Origin: Sphingomonas palustris
GTDB lineage: Bacteria; Pseudomonadota; Alphaproteobacteria; Sphingomonadales; Sphingomonadaceae
Assembly (NCBI GenBank): GCA_026225215.1
Contig: JAMFSI010000039.1
Location: 8,897 to 72,896, forward strand
Reading direction: 5' to 3'
Length of the DNA: 64,000 nucleotides
The notes below the pieces were generated by a model. It made no database searches and had not been told where the DNA came from. It worked only from the letters and a program-made list of their open reading frames with translations. The number at the start of each line of letters is the position of its first letter. The stretch's first letter is position 1. Shown in pieces: positions 45,800-55,871 of this stretch. The position numbers and the translations under genes were made by a program.

Positions 45800-45876
45800 G
45801 AGGGCCTCCTATGACCAAAAATCTAGGTCATAAAGAACTGCCAGTCAAGTCCGGCATAATCGCCATTCGGTTTAAT

Positions 45877-45907
45877 GTCTGGAAATTAGCATAGCTAATT
45901 TCCAGAC
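45877..45907 (-). terminator. hairpin right after the galU stop, probable terminator
   Basis: GTCTGGAAATTAGC-ata-GCTAATTTCCAGAC, 14-bp perfect stem. Confidence 0.65.
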
Positions 45908-46806
45908 TAACCAGCCTCCAGCAATCGCTTCAGCAGCGCGCGGACGTCATCGGCCATATCCGGTCGGGCCAGCGCTAGAGCGACCGTCGCTTCGACGAAG
46001 CCGACCTTCGAGCCGCAATCGTAGCGTTTTCCGGCAAAGGTGACGGCGTGAAACGGTTGGTTGCCGATCATTTGCGCCATGGCGTCGGTCAGCTGGATTT
46101 CGCCACCCGCGCCAGTCTCCTGGGTTTTCAGCACGTTCATGACTTCGGGTTGCAGAATGTAGCGCCCGGAAACGATCAGGTTCGACGGCGCTTTGTCTAC
46201 TTTCGGCTTCTCGACCAGTCCGGTCACTTCGGTAAGCGTAGCGCCCGGCACCTCGCGCCGCGCGCCCGGCGCGATCACGCCGTAGCTCGAAACCTCGTCG
46301 TAGGGCACTTCGAGCACGGAAATGAGATTGCCGCCGACGTGGCTATAGGCATCGACCATCTGGCGCATGCAGCCAGGCTCGCCGATCATCAACTCGTCGG
46401 GCAGGAAGATCGCGAAGGGCTCATTGCCAACGATCGCCCGCGCGCACCAGATCGCGTGGCCGAGCCCCAGCGGCACTTGCTGGCGCACGGTGACCAGATT
46501 GCCCGGCTCGATTCGGGTCGGTTCGAGAATTTCTAGCGTTTTCGACCGGTTGCGCATCGTCGCTTCGAGTTCGAAGGCATGATCGAAGTGTTCGACGATG
46601 GCGGTCTTGCCGCGCCCGGTCACGAATACCAACTGCTCGATGCCGGCCTCGCGGGCCTCATCGACGGCATATTGGATCAGCGGTCGATCGATGATCGGCA
46701 GCATTTCCTTGGGGATGGCCTTGGTTGCCGGGAGAAAGCGCGTGCCCATGCCCGCGACGGGAAAAACGGCGGTACGGATCGGCTTAATCGGTGCATGTTC
46801 AGGCAT
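45907..46806 (-). CDS. galU: UTP--glucose-1-phosphate uridylyltransferase
   Basis: PVAGMGTRFLPATKAIPKEMLP, LGLGHAIWCA, VEKP, GEIQLTDA; start ATG 46806. Confidence 0.97.
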   Translation of the reverse strand: MPEHAPIKPIRTAVFPVAGMGTRFLPATKAIPKEMLPIIDRPLIQYAVDEAREAGIEQLVFVTGRGKTAIVEHFDHAFELEATMRNRSKTLEILEPTRIEPGNLVTVRQQVPLGLGHAIWCARAIVGNEPFAIFLPDELMIGEPGCMRQMVDAYSHVGGNLISVLEVPYDEVSSYGVIAPGARREVPGATLTEVTGLVEKPKVDKAPSNLIVSGRYILQPEVMNVLKTQETGAGGEIQLTDAMAQMIGNQPFHAVTFAGKRYDCGSKVGFVEATVALALARPDMADDVRALLKRLLEAG

Positions 46807-46999
46807 GAGCGGCCGGTTCCATAGCTGCGCCGCGTTGGGGGGATCGGGCGAGAAACGGAGCGCCAATTTCCCGCTGCGAACGGTAAGACCGAAGTGTCTC
46901 TTAAGCCGGATTTGGGTTGCAGGGCAAGCGTCACGATTGTGCAGTTGCACACTTCGTTGCGCCCCTTGCACCGGCGCGCGGACCAGCTAAACGATCGGA

Positions 47000-48283
47000 A
47001 TGGACAAGATTATCATACATGGTGGCGTGCGGTTGGCGGGTACCGTGCCGGTTTCGGGCGCCAAGAACGCGGCGCTCACACTGCTGCCTTGTGCGCTGCT
47101 CACCGACGAGCCGCTGACGTTGCGCAACTTGCCCCGCCTGGCCGATATCGACAGCTTCCAGCATCTGCTCAACCAGTTCGGCGTATCGACGATGATCGCC
47201 GGATCGCGGCCGGAGGATTTCGGTCGGGTCATGACGCTGGCGGCGACGCGGATCACCAGCACCGTTGCGCCCTACGAACTGGTACGCAAGATGCGCGCGT
47301 CGATCCTGGTGCTGGGGCCGATGCTGGCGCGCATGGGCGAAGCCAAGGTGTCCCTGCCCGGTGGCTGTGCGATCGGCAACCGCCCGATCGACCTCCATCT
47401 CAAGGTGCTGGAGGCGTTCGGCGCGACGATCGAATTGGCGGCGGGATACGTTCGCGCGATCGCTCCCGATGGCGGCCTGCCCGGCGGTGATTACAGTTTC
47501 CCGGTGGTATCGGTGGGGGCAACCGAAAATGCGCTGATGGCAGCGGTTCTCGCCAGCGGCACGAGCACCTTGCACAATGCCGCGCGCGAGCCCGAAATCG
47601 TCGATCTGTGCAATTTGCTGGTGGCGATGGGCGCGCAGATCGAGGGCATCGGCGGTTCCGATCTGACGATCCACGGCGTTCACCGGCTCCACGGCGCGAC
47701 TTATATGGTGATGCCCGATCGAATCGAGGCGGGCAGCTATGCTTGCGCAGCGGCGATCACCGGCGGCGAGGCGCTGCTGATGGGAGCGCGGATCGAGGAT
47801 ATGGCGGCCACCGTCCAGGCGTTGCGCGATGCCGGCGTGCTCTGCGAAGCGCGGCCCGGCGGCCTTTATGTGGCGGCGGATGGACCGATCCAGCCGGTGA
47901 CCTTGTCGACCGCACCATATCCCGGCTTCGCCACTGACATGCAGGCCCAGCTGATGGCGCTCTTGTGCCGCGCCGAAGGCGCCAGCGTGCTGACCGAGAC
48001 GATCTTCGAAAACCGCTACATGCATGTGCCCGAACTCAACCGGATGAGCGCGCATATCGAGACCAAGGGGCGCACCGCGATCGTCCACGGCGTCAAGCAG
48101 TTGATCGGCGCGGATGTCATGGCCACCGATCTGCGTGCCTCGATGAGCCTGGTGATCGCCGGGCTGGCGTCTTCGGGCGAAACCCAGGTCCACCGGCTGT
48201 ATCATCTCGATCGCGGTTACGAGCGGCTGGAGGAAAAGCTGGCGCTATTGGGCGCCGATATCGAGCGGGTAGGTGGAGATTAA
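47000..48283 (+). CDS. murA: UDP-N-acetylglucosamine 1-carboxyvinyltransferase
   Basis: [45 protein letters not shown]. Confidence 0.98.
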   Translation: MDKIIIHGGVRLAGTVPVSGAKNAALTLLPCALLTDEPLTLRNLPRLADIDSFQHLLNQFGVSTMIAGSRPEDFGRVMTLAATRITSTVAPYELVRKMRASILVLGPMLARMGEAKVSLPGGCAIGNRPIDLHLKVLEAFGATIELAAGYVRAIAPDGGLPGGDYSFPVVSVGATENALMAAVLASGTSTLHNAAREPEIVDLCNLLVAMGAQIEGIGGSDLTIHGVHRLHGATYMVMPDRIEAGSYACAAAITGGEALLMGARIEDMAATVQALRDAGVLCEARPGGLYVAADGPIQPVTLSTAPYPGFATDMQAQLMALLCRAEGASVLTETIFENRYMHVPELNRMSAHIETKGRTAIVHGVKQLIGADVMATDLRASMSLVIAGLASSGETQVHRLYHLDRGYERLEEKLALLGADIERVGGD

Positions 48284-48287
48284 AGGC

Positions 48288-48474
48288 CTGATCCGAAACG
48301 AAGTTCAGCGAAGCGAAATCCGCGAAAGAGCGGATTTGGCTGCGCCGAACTCCGTTTCGAAGTCTGTGCCGTCCCGCTCCCCCGGCCCACCCACCCATAA
48401 GATAGTACCCTATCGGGTGGTTGGGCGGGGGGAGCGGGACGGCACAGACTATCCGAAACAAAGTTTCGGATCAG
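48288..48474. repeat. palindromic element, copy C (187 bp, longest; CTGATCCGAAAC...GTTTCGGATCAG terminal inverted repeat)
   Basis: Shares the central stem and right hairpin with A, B, D, E; extended branched left arm containing AAATCCGC..GCGGATTT. Confidence 0.95.
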
Positions 48475-48490
48475 ACACCAAAGCCCAACC

Positions 48491-48916
48491 TTATTTCGGT
48501 TGGTGGAACCCCATACAGACATCGACCGCGATGATGCGGTCGGCATCGTCGAACTCGTAGATCGAGATCGAACGGAGCGAGCTTTCGCTGCCGTCGGGCA
48601 TGACGCTGTGCTCATCGAGATCGAGATAGACGACGTTCCCCGCCTCGGTCGCGCGATACAAATACTTATTATAGACGCGGCTGGCGCCGTGCCATTCGTC
48701 CAGCATCGCGCGATAGGCCGACCAGTCTTTTTCCTCGTCGCGTTCGTTGCCGCGCCGCACGAAACGCTCGGTATCGACCAGCGGCAGCAGTGCGTCCCAG
48801 CCCTCATCGGAGGTGCGGTTGATGATCTTCGCCAGCGTGTCGCCATAAGCGATAGCGCGCTTGGTGCGGAGGCTGGTGATCTCGTCCTGCTTTGTCCAGT
48901 GACCCGCCATATTCAA
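48491..48916 (-). CDS. NTF2/SnoaL-like protein, bracketed by element copies C and D
   Basis: 141 aa; EAGNVVYLDLDE...SLRSISIYEFDDADRIIAVDV beta-sheet pattern. Confidence 0.75.
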   Translation of the reverse strand: MNMAGHWTKQDEITSLRTKRAIAYGDTLAKIINRTSDEGWDALLPLVDTERFVRRGNERDEEKDWSAYRAMLDEWHGASRVYNKYLYRATEAGNVVYLDLDEHSVMPDGSESSLRSISIYEFDDADRIIAVDVCMGFHQPK

Positions 48917-48988
48917 CTCTCCGTCTTGCTGTTTGCAAGATAGTCGTCACTGCAGCCACCGGGGGCAAGCTCTTTATACGGGTTTAGT

Positions 48989-49132
48989 CTGATCCAAATT
49001 TCGCAAAGGGCAAATTTTGGAGTCTGTGCCGTCCCGCCTCCCGGCCCAACCACCCACAGGGTACCTTTAACGGGTGATTGGACCGGGGGGGGCGGGACGG
49101 CACAGACTACCCGAAACGGAGTTTCGGATCAG
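48989..49132. repeat. three-hairpin palindromic element, copy D (144 bp)
   Basis: CTGATCCAAATTT..AAATTTTGG left hairpin, central stem, CCGAAAC gga GTTTCGGATCAG. Confidence 0.95.
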
Positions 49133-49139
49133 ACAATTC

Positions 49140-49886
49140 TCAGGGCGGGTCACTGTCAAAGCGGCCCCCGACATGCCACTCCTGCTCATAAATGATTTTC
49201 GCCGCCACCGCTTGCCCTCCGGCATCGCGCGCGGGATGAAAGCGAAAGCGTTTCTGGATGAGACGGCAAGTCAGATCGTCGAGAGTGGCATTGCCGCTGC
49301 TTTTCTGAGTCCGGCAGTCGCTCACCTTGCCCGCAGCATCGACCGAAACAAGCGCCTGGACTGTGGCCGTCAAAGGCGCCTGGCGCAGGGCTTCGGGCGT
49401 GTCCGAGGATTTGATCTCGCCGCCGACAAGCTCGGGATCGCTGCCGCCACCATCGCCATCGCCCGTTCCTCCCGCGCCCGATCCTGCGCCGCTGCCACCC
49501 GCGCCAATGCCGTTGCCCGTCGAGGCCGCCCCGGCCTCGGCGGCCATGCCCTGGCCCGGCGCGGGAGCCACCGGAAGCGGAGGGGGCGGTTTTAGCGGCG
49601 GTGTACGCGGCGCAACGAAAGGTGCCGCCAGGGCATGGCGAGCCGGCGGTGCTGCGGGTGCGGCACGCCGCGACGCTGCAGGATGTTTGGGTGGTGGAGG
49701 CGGCGGCGGGGTCCGCAAATCGAGCGAAGTCAAAGCAATTTGTGCGGCTGTGCGTAGAGCGGGCGCCGCTAATCCGTACACCAGGACCAGCGCTAGCCCG
49801 ACTTGCAACCCAGCTGCCAGAACACCACTGACGAGGCGTTTGCGACCGGCGTCGGCAGTGCTGTCGTACATCGCTGCGGCCCCCAT
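49140..49886 (-). CDS. TonB-family energy transducer-like protein
   Basis: N-terminal TM, Pro/Ala-rich linker, Gly-rich spacer, C-terminal VDAAGKVSDC...SSGNATLD..TC.LI..RFRF.PARD; start uncertain. Confidence 0.85.
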   Translation of the reverse strand: MGAAAMYDSTADAGRKRLVSGVLAAGLQVGLALVLVYGLAAPALRTAAQIALTSLDLRTPPPPPPPKHPAASRRAAPAAPPARHALAAPFVAPRTPPLKPPPPLPVAPAPGQGMAAEAGAASTGNGIGAGGSGAGSGAGGTGDGDGGGSDPELVGGEIKSSDTPEALRQAPLTATVQALVSVDAAGKVSDCRTQKSSGNATLDDLTCRLIQKRFRFHPARDAGGQAVAAKIIYEQEWHVGGRFDSDPP

Positions 49887-49921
49887 AAAACGCGGCGCGA
49901 CCGGCGCCGCGTCAGGCAGCA

Positions 49922-50212
49922 TCAGCGGTAATAGCCGCAGCGCTTGTTCTTCGAGATCGAGCGATCGATGGCGCGGCCGCCGAGCGCACCGGCAACGCCG
50001 CCAATGATCGGGCCGGCGAGCCCGCCGCCGATGATGCTGCCACCTACTACCGCACCGGCAACGCCGCCGCCGACCAAGCCAGCGGTCCCCGAGGAATGGC
50101 GGCAATGCCAATAATAGGTGCGACCGTGATACACGCGTGGCGGGTGATCGTCGGCGTGAGCGGCGATCGGCATGGCCAGCACCAGCGAGGCAAGGAGAAG
50201 GGCGCGCTTCAT
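49922..50212 (-). CDS. small exported glycine-zipper protein
   Basis: Signal peptide; GLVGGGVAGAVVGG...GGVAGALGGRAIDR. Confidence 0.8.
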   Translation of the reverse strand: MKRALLLASLVLAMPIAAHADDHPPRVYHGRTYYWHCRHSSGTAGLVGGGVAGAVVGGSIIGGGLAGPIIGGVAGALGGRAIDRSISKNKRCGYYR

Positions 50213-50288
50213 TGTAGTGATCTCCGGAAGGCGAACGAAATCAACAGAGCCTTAAATACTTGAAGACCTCATTTGTTGCACAGGCTTT

Positions 50289-50555
50289 TTAGGAAATTTC
50301 AGCAGTCTGTGCTGCGAGACGAGCAGCCAGCCCTTCAACAAGCCAAAGCCGGATGGCCCCTGCCAGCCCCGGCGGGGACTGCGCTGTGATCCTTTCGGTA
50401 TCGATCCGGGCTACCAGGGCGTTGACCGGCACGCCCTCGGTTTCGGCCGCGCCACGCAGCAAGTCCCAGAACAGCGGCTCCAGGCTGATCGAGGTCTTGT
50501 GCCCGGCGATCTCGATCGATCGCTTCACCGGGGGGTGGTAAGGTGTATCCATCAC
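50289..50555 (-). CDS. ribbon-helix-helix (RHH_4) protein
   Basis: VKRSIEIAGHKTSISLEPLFW..L...A.....LAGAIRLW. Confidence 0.88.
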   Translation of the reverse strand: MMDTPYHPPVKRSIEIAGHKTSISLEPLFWDLLRGAAETEGVPVNALVARIDTERITAQSPPGLAGAIRLWLVEGLAARLAAQTAEIS

Positions 50556-50617
50556 GCGCTACCGCCCAGGCCCAGGGTCATTGGGCGGGTCATTTTTGGC
50601 TGAGCCCCGACCGGGCT

Positions 50618-51340
50618 TCAGTACATATGTTGGCCGCCGTTGATCGACAGCGTCGAACCGGTGACGAAGCCGGCCTGTTCCGAACACAGAAATGCCACGC
50701 CGCGCGCGATCTCTTCGGCCTGGCCCAGGCGCCCGATCGGGATTTTGGCAATGATCTTGTCCAGCACCGGCTGCGGCACGGCGGAGACCATGTCGGTATC
50801 GATGTAGCCCGGCGCCACGGCATTGACGGTCACCCCGAATTTGGCGCCCTCCTGCGCCAGCGCTTTGGTGAAGCCGTGGATGCCCGACTTCGCCGCGGCA
50901 TAATTGACCTGGCCATATTGCCCGGACTGACCATTGACCGAGCCGACGTTGACCACCCGGCCCCAGCCCCTTTCGCGCATGCCCGCAAAAGTGGCCTTGA
51001 CCATGTTGAAACAGCCGCCGAGATTGATCCGCATCACCTCGTTCCAGTCATCGTAAGTCATCCGATGCAGTACGGCGTCGCGGGTGATGCCGGCATTGTT
51101 GACCACCACGTCGATCGGCCCGACTTCCGCCTCGACCTGCGCGCAACCATCGATGCAGGCCTGATGGTCGCCAACATCCCAGCAATAGGAAGGAATGCCC
51201 GTCACTTCGGTGAAGGCCTTGGCCTTTTCCGCATTGCCGCCGTAGTTTGCGGCCACGGTAAAGCCCTGGCTTCGCAAGGCAACGCTGATTGCCTCGCCGA
51301 TGCCCCGAGTGCCGCCAGTCACGATTGCGATGCGCGCCAT
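50618..51340 (-). CDS. phbB: acetoacetyl-CoA reductase
   Basis: TGGTRGIG, NNAGITRD, GQYGQVNYAAAKSG, INGGQHMY. Confidence 0.92.
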   Translation of the reverse strand: MARIAIVTGGTRGIGEAISVALRSQGFTVAANYGGNAEKAKAFTEVTGIPSYCWDVGDHQACIDGCAQVEAEVGPIDVVVNNAGITRDAVLHRMTYDDWNEVMRINLGGCFNMVKATFAGMRERGWGRVVNVGSVNGQSGQYGQVNYAAAKSGIHGFTKALAQEGAKFGVTVNAVAPGYIDTDMVSAVPQPVLDKIIAKIPIGRLGQAEEIARGVAFLCSEQAGFVTGSTLSINGGQHMY

Positions 51341-51462
51341 GTGCTCTTCCTTTCCCAACAGATTCGCTTGGTCATGCTAGGCGTGGGCAGGCCCCGCCGC
51401 AAGCTGGCCTTTCCCGATAGTCGAATGAATTGCCTCGAAAAATCGGATCAGATTCTTTGAGT

Positions 51463-51608
51463 CTAGTACGAAATCCGCGAAGAGCGGATTTCGAAGTCTG
51501 TGCCGTCCCGTTCCCCCCGGCCCAACCACCCCCAGGGTACCAGAACTGGGGGGTTGGGCCGGGGGGAACGGGACGGCACAGACTATCCGAAACAAAGTTT
51601 CGGATCAG
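51463..51608. repeat. three-hairpin palindromic element, copy E (146 bp)
   Basis: GAAATCCGC gaaga GCGGATTTC; central stem; TCCGAAAC aaa GTTTCGGATCAG. Confidence 0.95.
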
Positions 51609-51620
51609 GCGCTCAGCCAC

Positions 51621-52451
51621 TCAGAACTTGAACTGGGTTCCCACGAACACGGCTTGGGTATCGGTCTTGCCGTCTATGTCACCGTCGAGCCGGTCACGAT
51701 CGCGTTGATAGCGCAGGCCTGCGGTGACATCGAGATTGCGCGACAGGCGGTAGCTGCCGCCCAGATCCACAGTCTGCACGCCGACGCTTTCGAGGGTGCG
51801 GGGCGCGCGCCCGGCGCGGGATTGCTCATCCAGCGCGATATGCGGGGCGAGGCGCGAGGGCGTGCCACTGCCTTGGTCAGCGGCGGGTTTGAAGGTCGAC
51901 AAGTCGGGCATGTCGAGCTTGCGAATTTCCTGCGCCAGAGCAAAGGTCTGCACATTCTGGGCAAAGCCCTGATAGCCCCGCGCCATCCCCAGATTATAGG
52001 CGGCAGGCGCGATGCCGAGCGCTGTCGTACTGGTCGCCAGGGCGGTAGCAGCATGACTGCCGTGGTCGATCAAGGCGCCGCGCACGATGATCGAGCGCGC
52101 GGTCACCGGATCGACGCGGACCGCGACGGTGACTGACCGATCGGGCCTGGTCGCCAGGCCAGCCGGTGTGAAGCGAAACATCGGGCCTTTGCCGCCGGTC
52201 GGGCTGGCGGCCAGCACGCGGGCGAGCCGCGGATCGACGCTGCCGGGGCCAAAGCTGCTCACCCCCTGATTTTCGGAAAGCCCGGCCGCCGGCAAGTCGA
52301 TGCGAGTCGAAAAGGCCAGCACCGCACTGGGTAGCGCCAGGACGATCACTGCGCCCGCCATCAGCAGCGCGGGCGCGCCGGCTCCGCGCGCAGGGCTCAG
52401 GCTGCCGCGGGCAGGGGTGCCGCGAATCTCGCCTGTTCGATTGCCCGCCAT
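51621..52451 (-). CDS. exported/outer-membrane protein, unknown function
   Basis: Signal-like segment, C-terminal beta-strand pattern ending QAVFVGTQFKF (terminal Phe). Confidence 0.7.
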   Translation of the reverse strand: MAGNRTGEIRGTPARGSLSPARGAGAPALLMAGAVIVLALPSAVLAFSTRIDLPAAGLSENQGVSSFGPGSVDPRLARVLAASPTGGKGPMFRFTPAGLATRPDRSVTVAVRVDPVTARSIIVRGALIDHGSHAATALATSTTALGIAPAAYNLGMARGYQGFAQNVQTFALAQEIRKLDMPDLSTFKPAADQGSGTPSRLAPHIALDEQSRAGRAPRTLESVGVQTVDLGGSYRLSRNLDVTAGLRYQRDRDRLDGDIDGKTDTQAVFVGTQFKF

Positions 52452-52849
52452 GTGCAGTCCGTTTCCCTTGCGCGCCGTTTCGCTTGTGCAACCCCCTAGC
52501 TTGCTCAACATCGGGAGCCGCCGGAGGTTGCGATATGGGGGACCATACATCTTTTTCGGATGGTCCGGAACCCGCTAAAGTCGATTGGGCAGGCTATAAG
52601 GCGGCGGCGATATTCAGCCCCGGTTCACGCCTGGCCGGGGCAAATCCTGCGCCATGCCGTGTCTGGATTTTTCCGTCATCCTTCCCTGCATCACCCGTGC
52701 TTGGCGAACACCGGTACCGGCGGTCAGCCCACTTGCCGCGCCAGCGCGGCGGGCTATAGAGCAACGATCGCGCTTGCGCCCGGTATCCAACGCCGCCATG
52801 GCGTCGGTGCCCTCAGGGCAAACGCATAGAACAGGATCCGAACGCGACC

Positions 52850-53344
52850 ATGACAGCTAGCCCCGCCACCGGCCACTCGTTTTCGGCTCATACGACGCCC
52901 GCCCGCAGCCTGCTGTCGCGCGGTGCGCTTATCTGCGTGGCCGTGCTCGCGCTGTCGGGCTGTGTCCACCACCGCAAGATGCATCCCGTAGCGACGATCG
53001 CGCCCTCCAATATCACCACGATCGGCGTTAATTCCTATCTATGGCGCGCCAGCCTCGATGCGCTGTCGTTCATGCCGCTGGTTCAGACGGACAGTGCGGG
53101 CGGGGTGATCGTAACCGACTGGTATAGCAATCCCGCCAATCCCGCCGAGCGTATGAAGATCACGGTAACGATCCTCGACCGCGATCTGCGCAGCGATGCC
53201 TTGCGCGTGGCCGCCAGCCGCCAGATTTCGCAAGGCGGGGTGTGGGTCGATGCGCCGGTGCAAGCGGCCACGGTCCAGCGCCTCGAAGACGTGATCCTGA
53301 CCAAGGCGCGCGATCTGCGTCGCGGCACCATTCCTACCAACTAG
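52850..53344 (+). CDS. DUF3576 lipoprotein
   Basis: Lipobox LSGC; [18 protein letters not shown]...[10 protein letters not shown]. Confidence 0.88.
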   Translation: MTASPATGHSFSAHTTPARSLLSRGALICVAVLALSGCVHHRKMHPVATIAPSNITTIGVNSYLWRASLDALSFMPLVQTDSAGGVIVTDWYSNPANPAERMKITVTILDRDLRSDALRVAASRQISQGGVWVDAPVQAATVQRLEDVILTKARDLRRGTIPTN

Positions 53345-53348
53345 CAGC

Positions 53349-55871
53349 ATGAGCGAGAGATTCGATCCGTCGCTCGCGGACGGTCGCTGGCAGCGCGTCT
53401 GGGACGAGCGTCAGTGTTTCCGCGCCGACGATGCCTCGGCCAAACCGCGCAGCTATGTCCTGGAGATGTTCCCCTATCCTTCGGGGCGCATCCATATCGG
53501 CCATGTCCGCAATTACACCATGGGCGATGTGCTGGCCCGCTTTCGGCGGATGCAGGGCTATGAGGTGCTGCATCCGATGGGCTGGGATGCCTTCGGCATG
53601 CCCGCCGAAAACGCGGCGATGGAAAAGAACGTCCATCCCGGCGGCTGGACCCGCGCCAATATCGCGACGATGAAGGCGCAGCTCAAACGGCTGGGCTTCG
53701 CGCTCGACTGGAGCCGCGAGTTCGCGACCTGCGATCCCGAATATTACGGCCAGGAACAAGCGCTGTTCCTCGATCTTTACGCGGCCGGGCTGGTCTATCG
53801 CAAGGAAAGCGCGGTCAATTGGGATCCGGTCGACCAGACCGTGCTCGCCAATGAGCAAGTGATCGACGGGCGCGGCTGGCGCAGTGGCGCGCTGGTCGAA
53901 AAGCGCAAGCTGTCGCAGTGGTTCCTCAAGATCACCGATTTCGCCGAGGAACTGCTGGAAGGGTTGCAGAGCCTAGATACCTGGCCGGAAAAAGTGCGGC
54001 TGATGCAGGAAAACTGGATCGGCAAGAGCCAGGGCATGCAGTTTCGGTTTGCCGGCAGCAATTTCGACGGTGGGATCGAGGTCTACACGACGCGGCCCGA
54101 TACGATCTTCGGCGCCAGCTTTGTGGCGGTCGCAGCGGAACATCCGCTCGCGCAAGGTTTGGCCAGTAACGCAGCGCACGCCTTCATCGAGGAATGCCGG
54201 CGTGGCGGCACCACTGCCGCCGAGCTGGAAACGGCGGAAAAGCTCGGCTTCGATACCGGGCTGAAAGTCGCGCATCCGCTGCTGCCGGGCACCGAACTGC
54301 CGGTCTATATCGCCAATTTCGTGCTGATGGATTACGGCACCGGTGCGATCATGGCGGTGCCGGGGCACGACCAGCGCGACTTCGACTTCGCCCGCAAATA
54401 TCATCTCCCGATCATCCGCGTGGTTGCCGCCAGCACCGAGGATGCCGATCGCCCGTTCGGTGACGAGGCGGAAGCCGGTGACGGCGTGCTGGTGCATTCG
54501 GACTTCATCACGGGCATGCGCGTGGCCGAGGCCAAGGCTGCGGTCATCGCCCGAGCCGAGGCTGAGGACTGGGGCCAGGGCCAGACGGTGTGGCGGTTGC
54601 GCGACTGGGGCGTCTCGCGGCAACGCTATTGGGGTACGCCGATCCCGTTCATTCACTGCGCGGCTTGCGGCGTGGTGCCGGTGCCCAAGGCGCAATTGCC
54701 GGTCACGCTGCCCGAGGATGTCGATTTCAGCTCGCCGGGCAATCCGTTGCTGCGCCATCCGACCTGGAAGCATGTCTCCTGTCCCGATTGCGGCGGCCCG
54801 GCGACGCGCGAAACCGATACGCTCGACACTTTTGTCGATAGCTCGTGGTATTTCCTCCGCTTTGCCAGCCAGCCGGCGGACAAGCCCTTCGACCCAGCCG
54901 AGATCGCGCGCTGGCTGCCGGTTGCGCAATATATCGGTGGCATCGAGCATGCCATCCTGCATTTGCTGTATGCGCGGTTCTGGACGCGGGCGCTGAAGCG
55001 GATCGGCAAGATCGATATCGCCGAGCCATTTGCGAGCCTGTTCACGCAGGGCATGGTGACGCATGAGACTTATGCGCGTACCGATCCCAGCAATGGTCAG
55101 CCGATCTATTTCAGCCCCGCCGAGGTTGCGCGCAGCGGTGACGGTGCGACACTGATCGCGGATGGCGAGGCCGTAGAGATCGGCCGCGTCATCAAGATGT
55201 CCAAGTCGAAGAAGAACGTGGTCGATCCGGACGAGATCGTCGCCAAATATGGCGCCGATGCGGTGCGCTGGTTCATGTTGTCGGACAGCCCGCCGGAGCG
55301 CGACTTGCCCTGGTCGGAAGCCGGGATTGAGGGTTGCGCGCGCTTCGTCCAGCGGCTGTGGCGGCTTTGCGGCCAATATGACGCGGCGGCGCAGGGCGAG
55401 AACCCGGCGCTGGATCGCAAGCGCGACCAGACCGTCGCCGCGATCGCCGCCGATATCGAGGCACTGAGCTTCAATAAGGCGGTGGCGCGGATCTATGAAT
55501 TGACCGCAGCCGTGGAAAAGGCGCCGGCTTCGGCCAGCCGTTCGGCGGCGATCCGCGCGCTGCTGCTGGTGACCGCGCCGATGATGCCGCATCTCGCCGA
55601 GGAACTCTGGGCGCAGATCGGCAATTCCGGGCTGATCGCGGAGGCGGCGTGGCCGGCGGTGGACCCGGCGCTGTTGGTCGAGGATGAAGTCACCGTCGCG
55701 GTCCAGGTCAAGGGCAAGCTGCGCGATACGCTGACCGTCGCCAAGGGCACGCCCAGCGCGACGCTCGAAGCGCTTGCTCTGGCCAGCGACAAGGTGCAGC
55801 GTGCGCTCGATGGCGCAGCGGTGAAGAAGGTGATTGTAGTGCCCGACCGGCTGGTCAATCTCGTGGCATGA
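53349..55871 (+). CDS. leuS: leucine--tRNA ligase
   Basis: [13 protein letters not shown] (HIGH), KMSKSK, editing domain. Confidence 0.98.
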   Translation: MSERFDPSLADGRWQRVWDERQCFRADDASAKPRSYVLEMFPYPSGRIHIGHVRNYTMGDVLARFRRMQGYEVLHPMGWDAFGMPAENAAMEKNVHPGGWTRANIATMKAQLKRLGFALDWSREFATCDPEYYGQEQALFLDLYAAGLVYRKESAVNWDPVDQTVLANEQVIDGRGWRSGALVEKRKLSQWFLKITDFAEELLEGLQSLDTWPEKVRLMQENWIGKSQGMQFRFAGSNFDGGIEVYTTRPDTIFGASFVAVAAEHPLAQGLASNAAHAFIEECRRGGTTAAELETAEKLGFDTGLKVAHPLLPGTELPVYIANFVLMDYGTGAIMAVPGHDQRDFDFARKYHLPIIRVVAASTEDADRPFGDEAEAGDGVLVHSDFITGMRVAEAKAAVIARAEAEDWGQGQTVWRLRDWGVSRQRYWGTPIPFIHCAACGVVPVPKAQLPVTLPEDVDFSSPGNPLLRHPTWKHVSCPDCGGPATRETDTLDTFVDSSWYFLRFASQPADKPFDPAEIARWLPVAQYIGGIEHAILHLLYARFWTRALKRIGKIDIAEPFASLFTQGMVTHETYARTDPSNGQPIYFSPAEVARSGDGATLIADGEAVEIGRVIKMSKSKKNVVDPDEIVAKYGADAVRWFMLSDSPPERDLPWSEAGIEGCARFVQRLWRLCGQYDAAAQGENPALDRKRDQTVAAIAADIEALSFNKAVARIYELTAAVEKAPASASRSAAIRALLLVTAPMMPHLAEELWAQIGNSGLIAEAAWPAVDPALLVEDEVTVAVQVKGKLRDTLTVAKGTPSATLEALALASDKVQRALDGAAVKKVIVVPDRLVNLVA

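Larger units (their letters stand above)
43918..45864 (-). mobile_element. complete IS1595-family element (1947 bp) with a passenger gene
   Basis: 27-bp TIRs GGC(A/G)ATTATGCCGGACTTGACTGGCAG at 43918-44 and 45838-64 (1 mismatch); 8-bp TSD ATTCGGTT at 43910-17 and 45865-72. Confidence 0.97.

Noticed and set aside
45811-45831. ATGACC-N9-GGTCAT inverted repeat upstream of the IS1595 transposase
   Set aside because: Only 6-bp arms; could be a regulatory hairpin, but too short to support
46807-46999. Possible RNA gene or riboswitch in the galU-murA, 52452-52849 or thiD-upstream intergenic regions
   Set aside because: No recognisable tRNA, TPP riboswitch or other conserved fold by eye
48117-48846. 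ORFs that read through the element (48280-48846, 48117-48461, 48273-48560; similarly 2086-2310, 31362-31571, 49074-49595, 51372-51708)
   Set aside because: The shared peptides (e.g. VCAVPLPP, GSGTAQT) are translations of the repeat, not a protein family; no RBS or context support
51444-51451. Extra CGGATCAG just left of element E as a remnant sixth copy
   Set aside because: Only 8-9 nt match, without the hairpin or the conserved RC flank; could be chance
2251-51608. CRISPR array or tRNA/ncRNA gene call for the repeated hairpin element
   Set aside because: Copies are dispersed, there is no repeat-spacer periodicity, no cas genes, and no cloverleaf or CCA end
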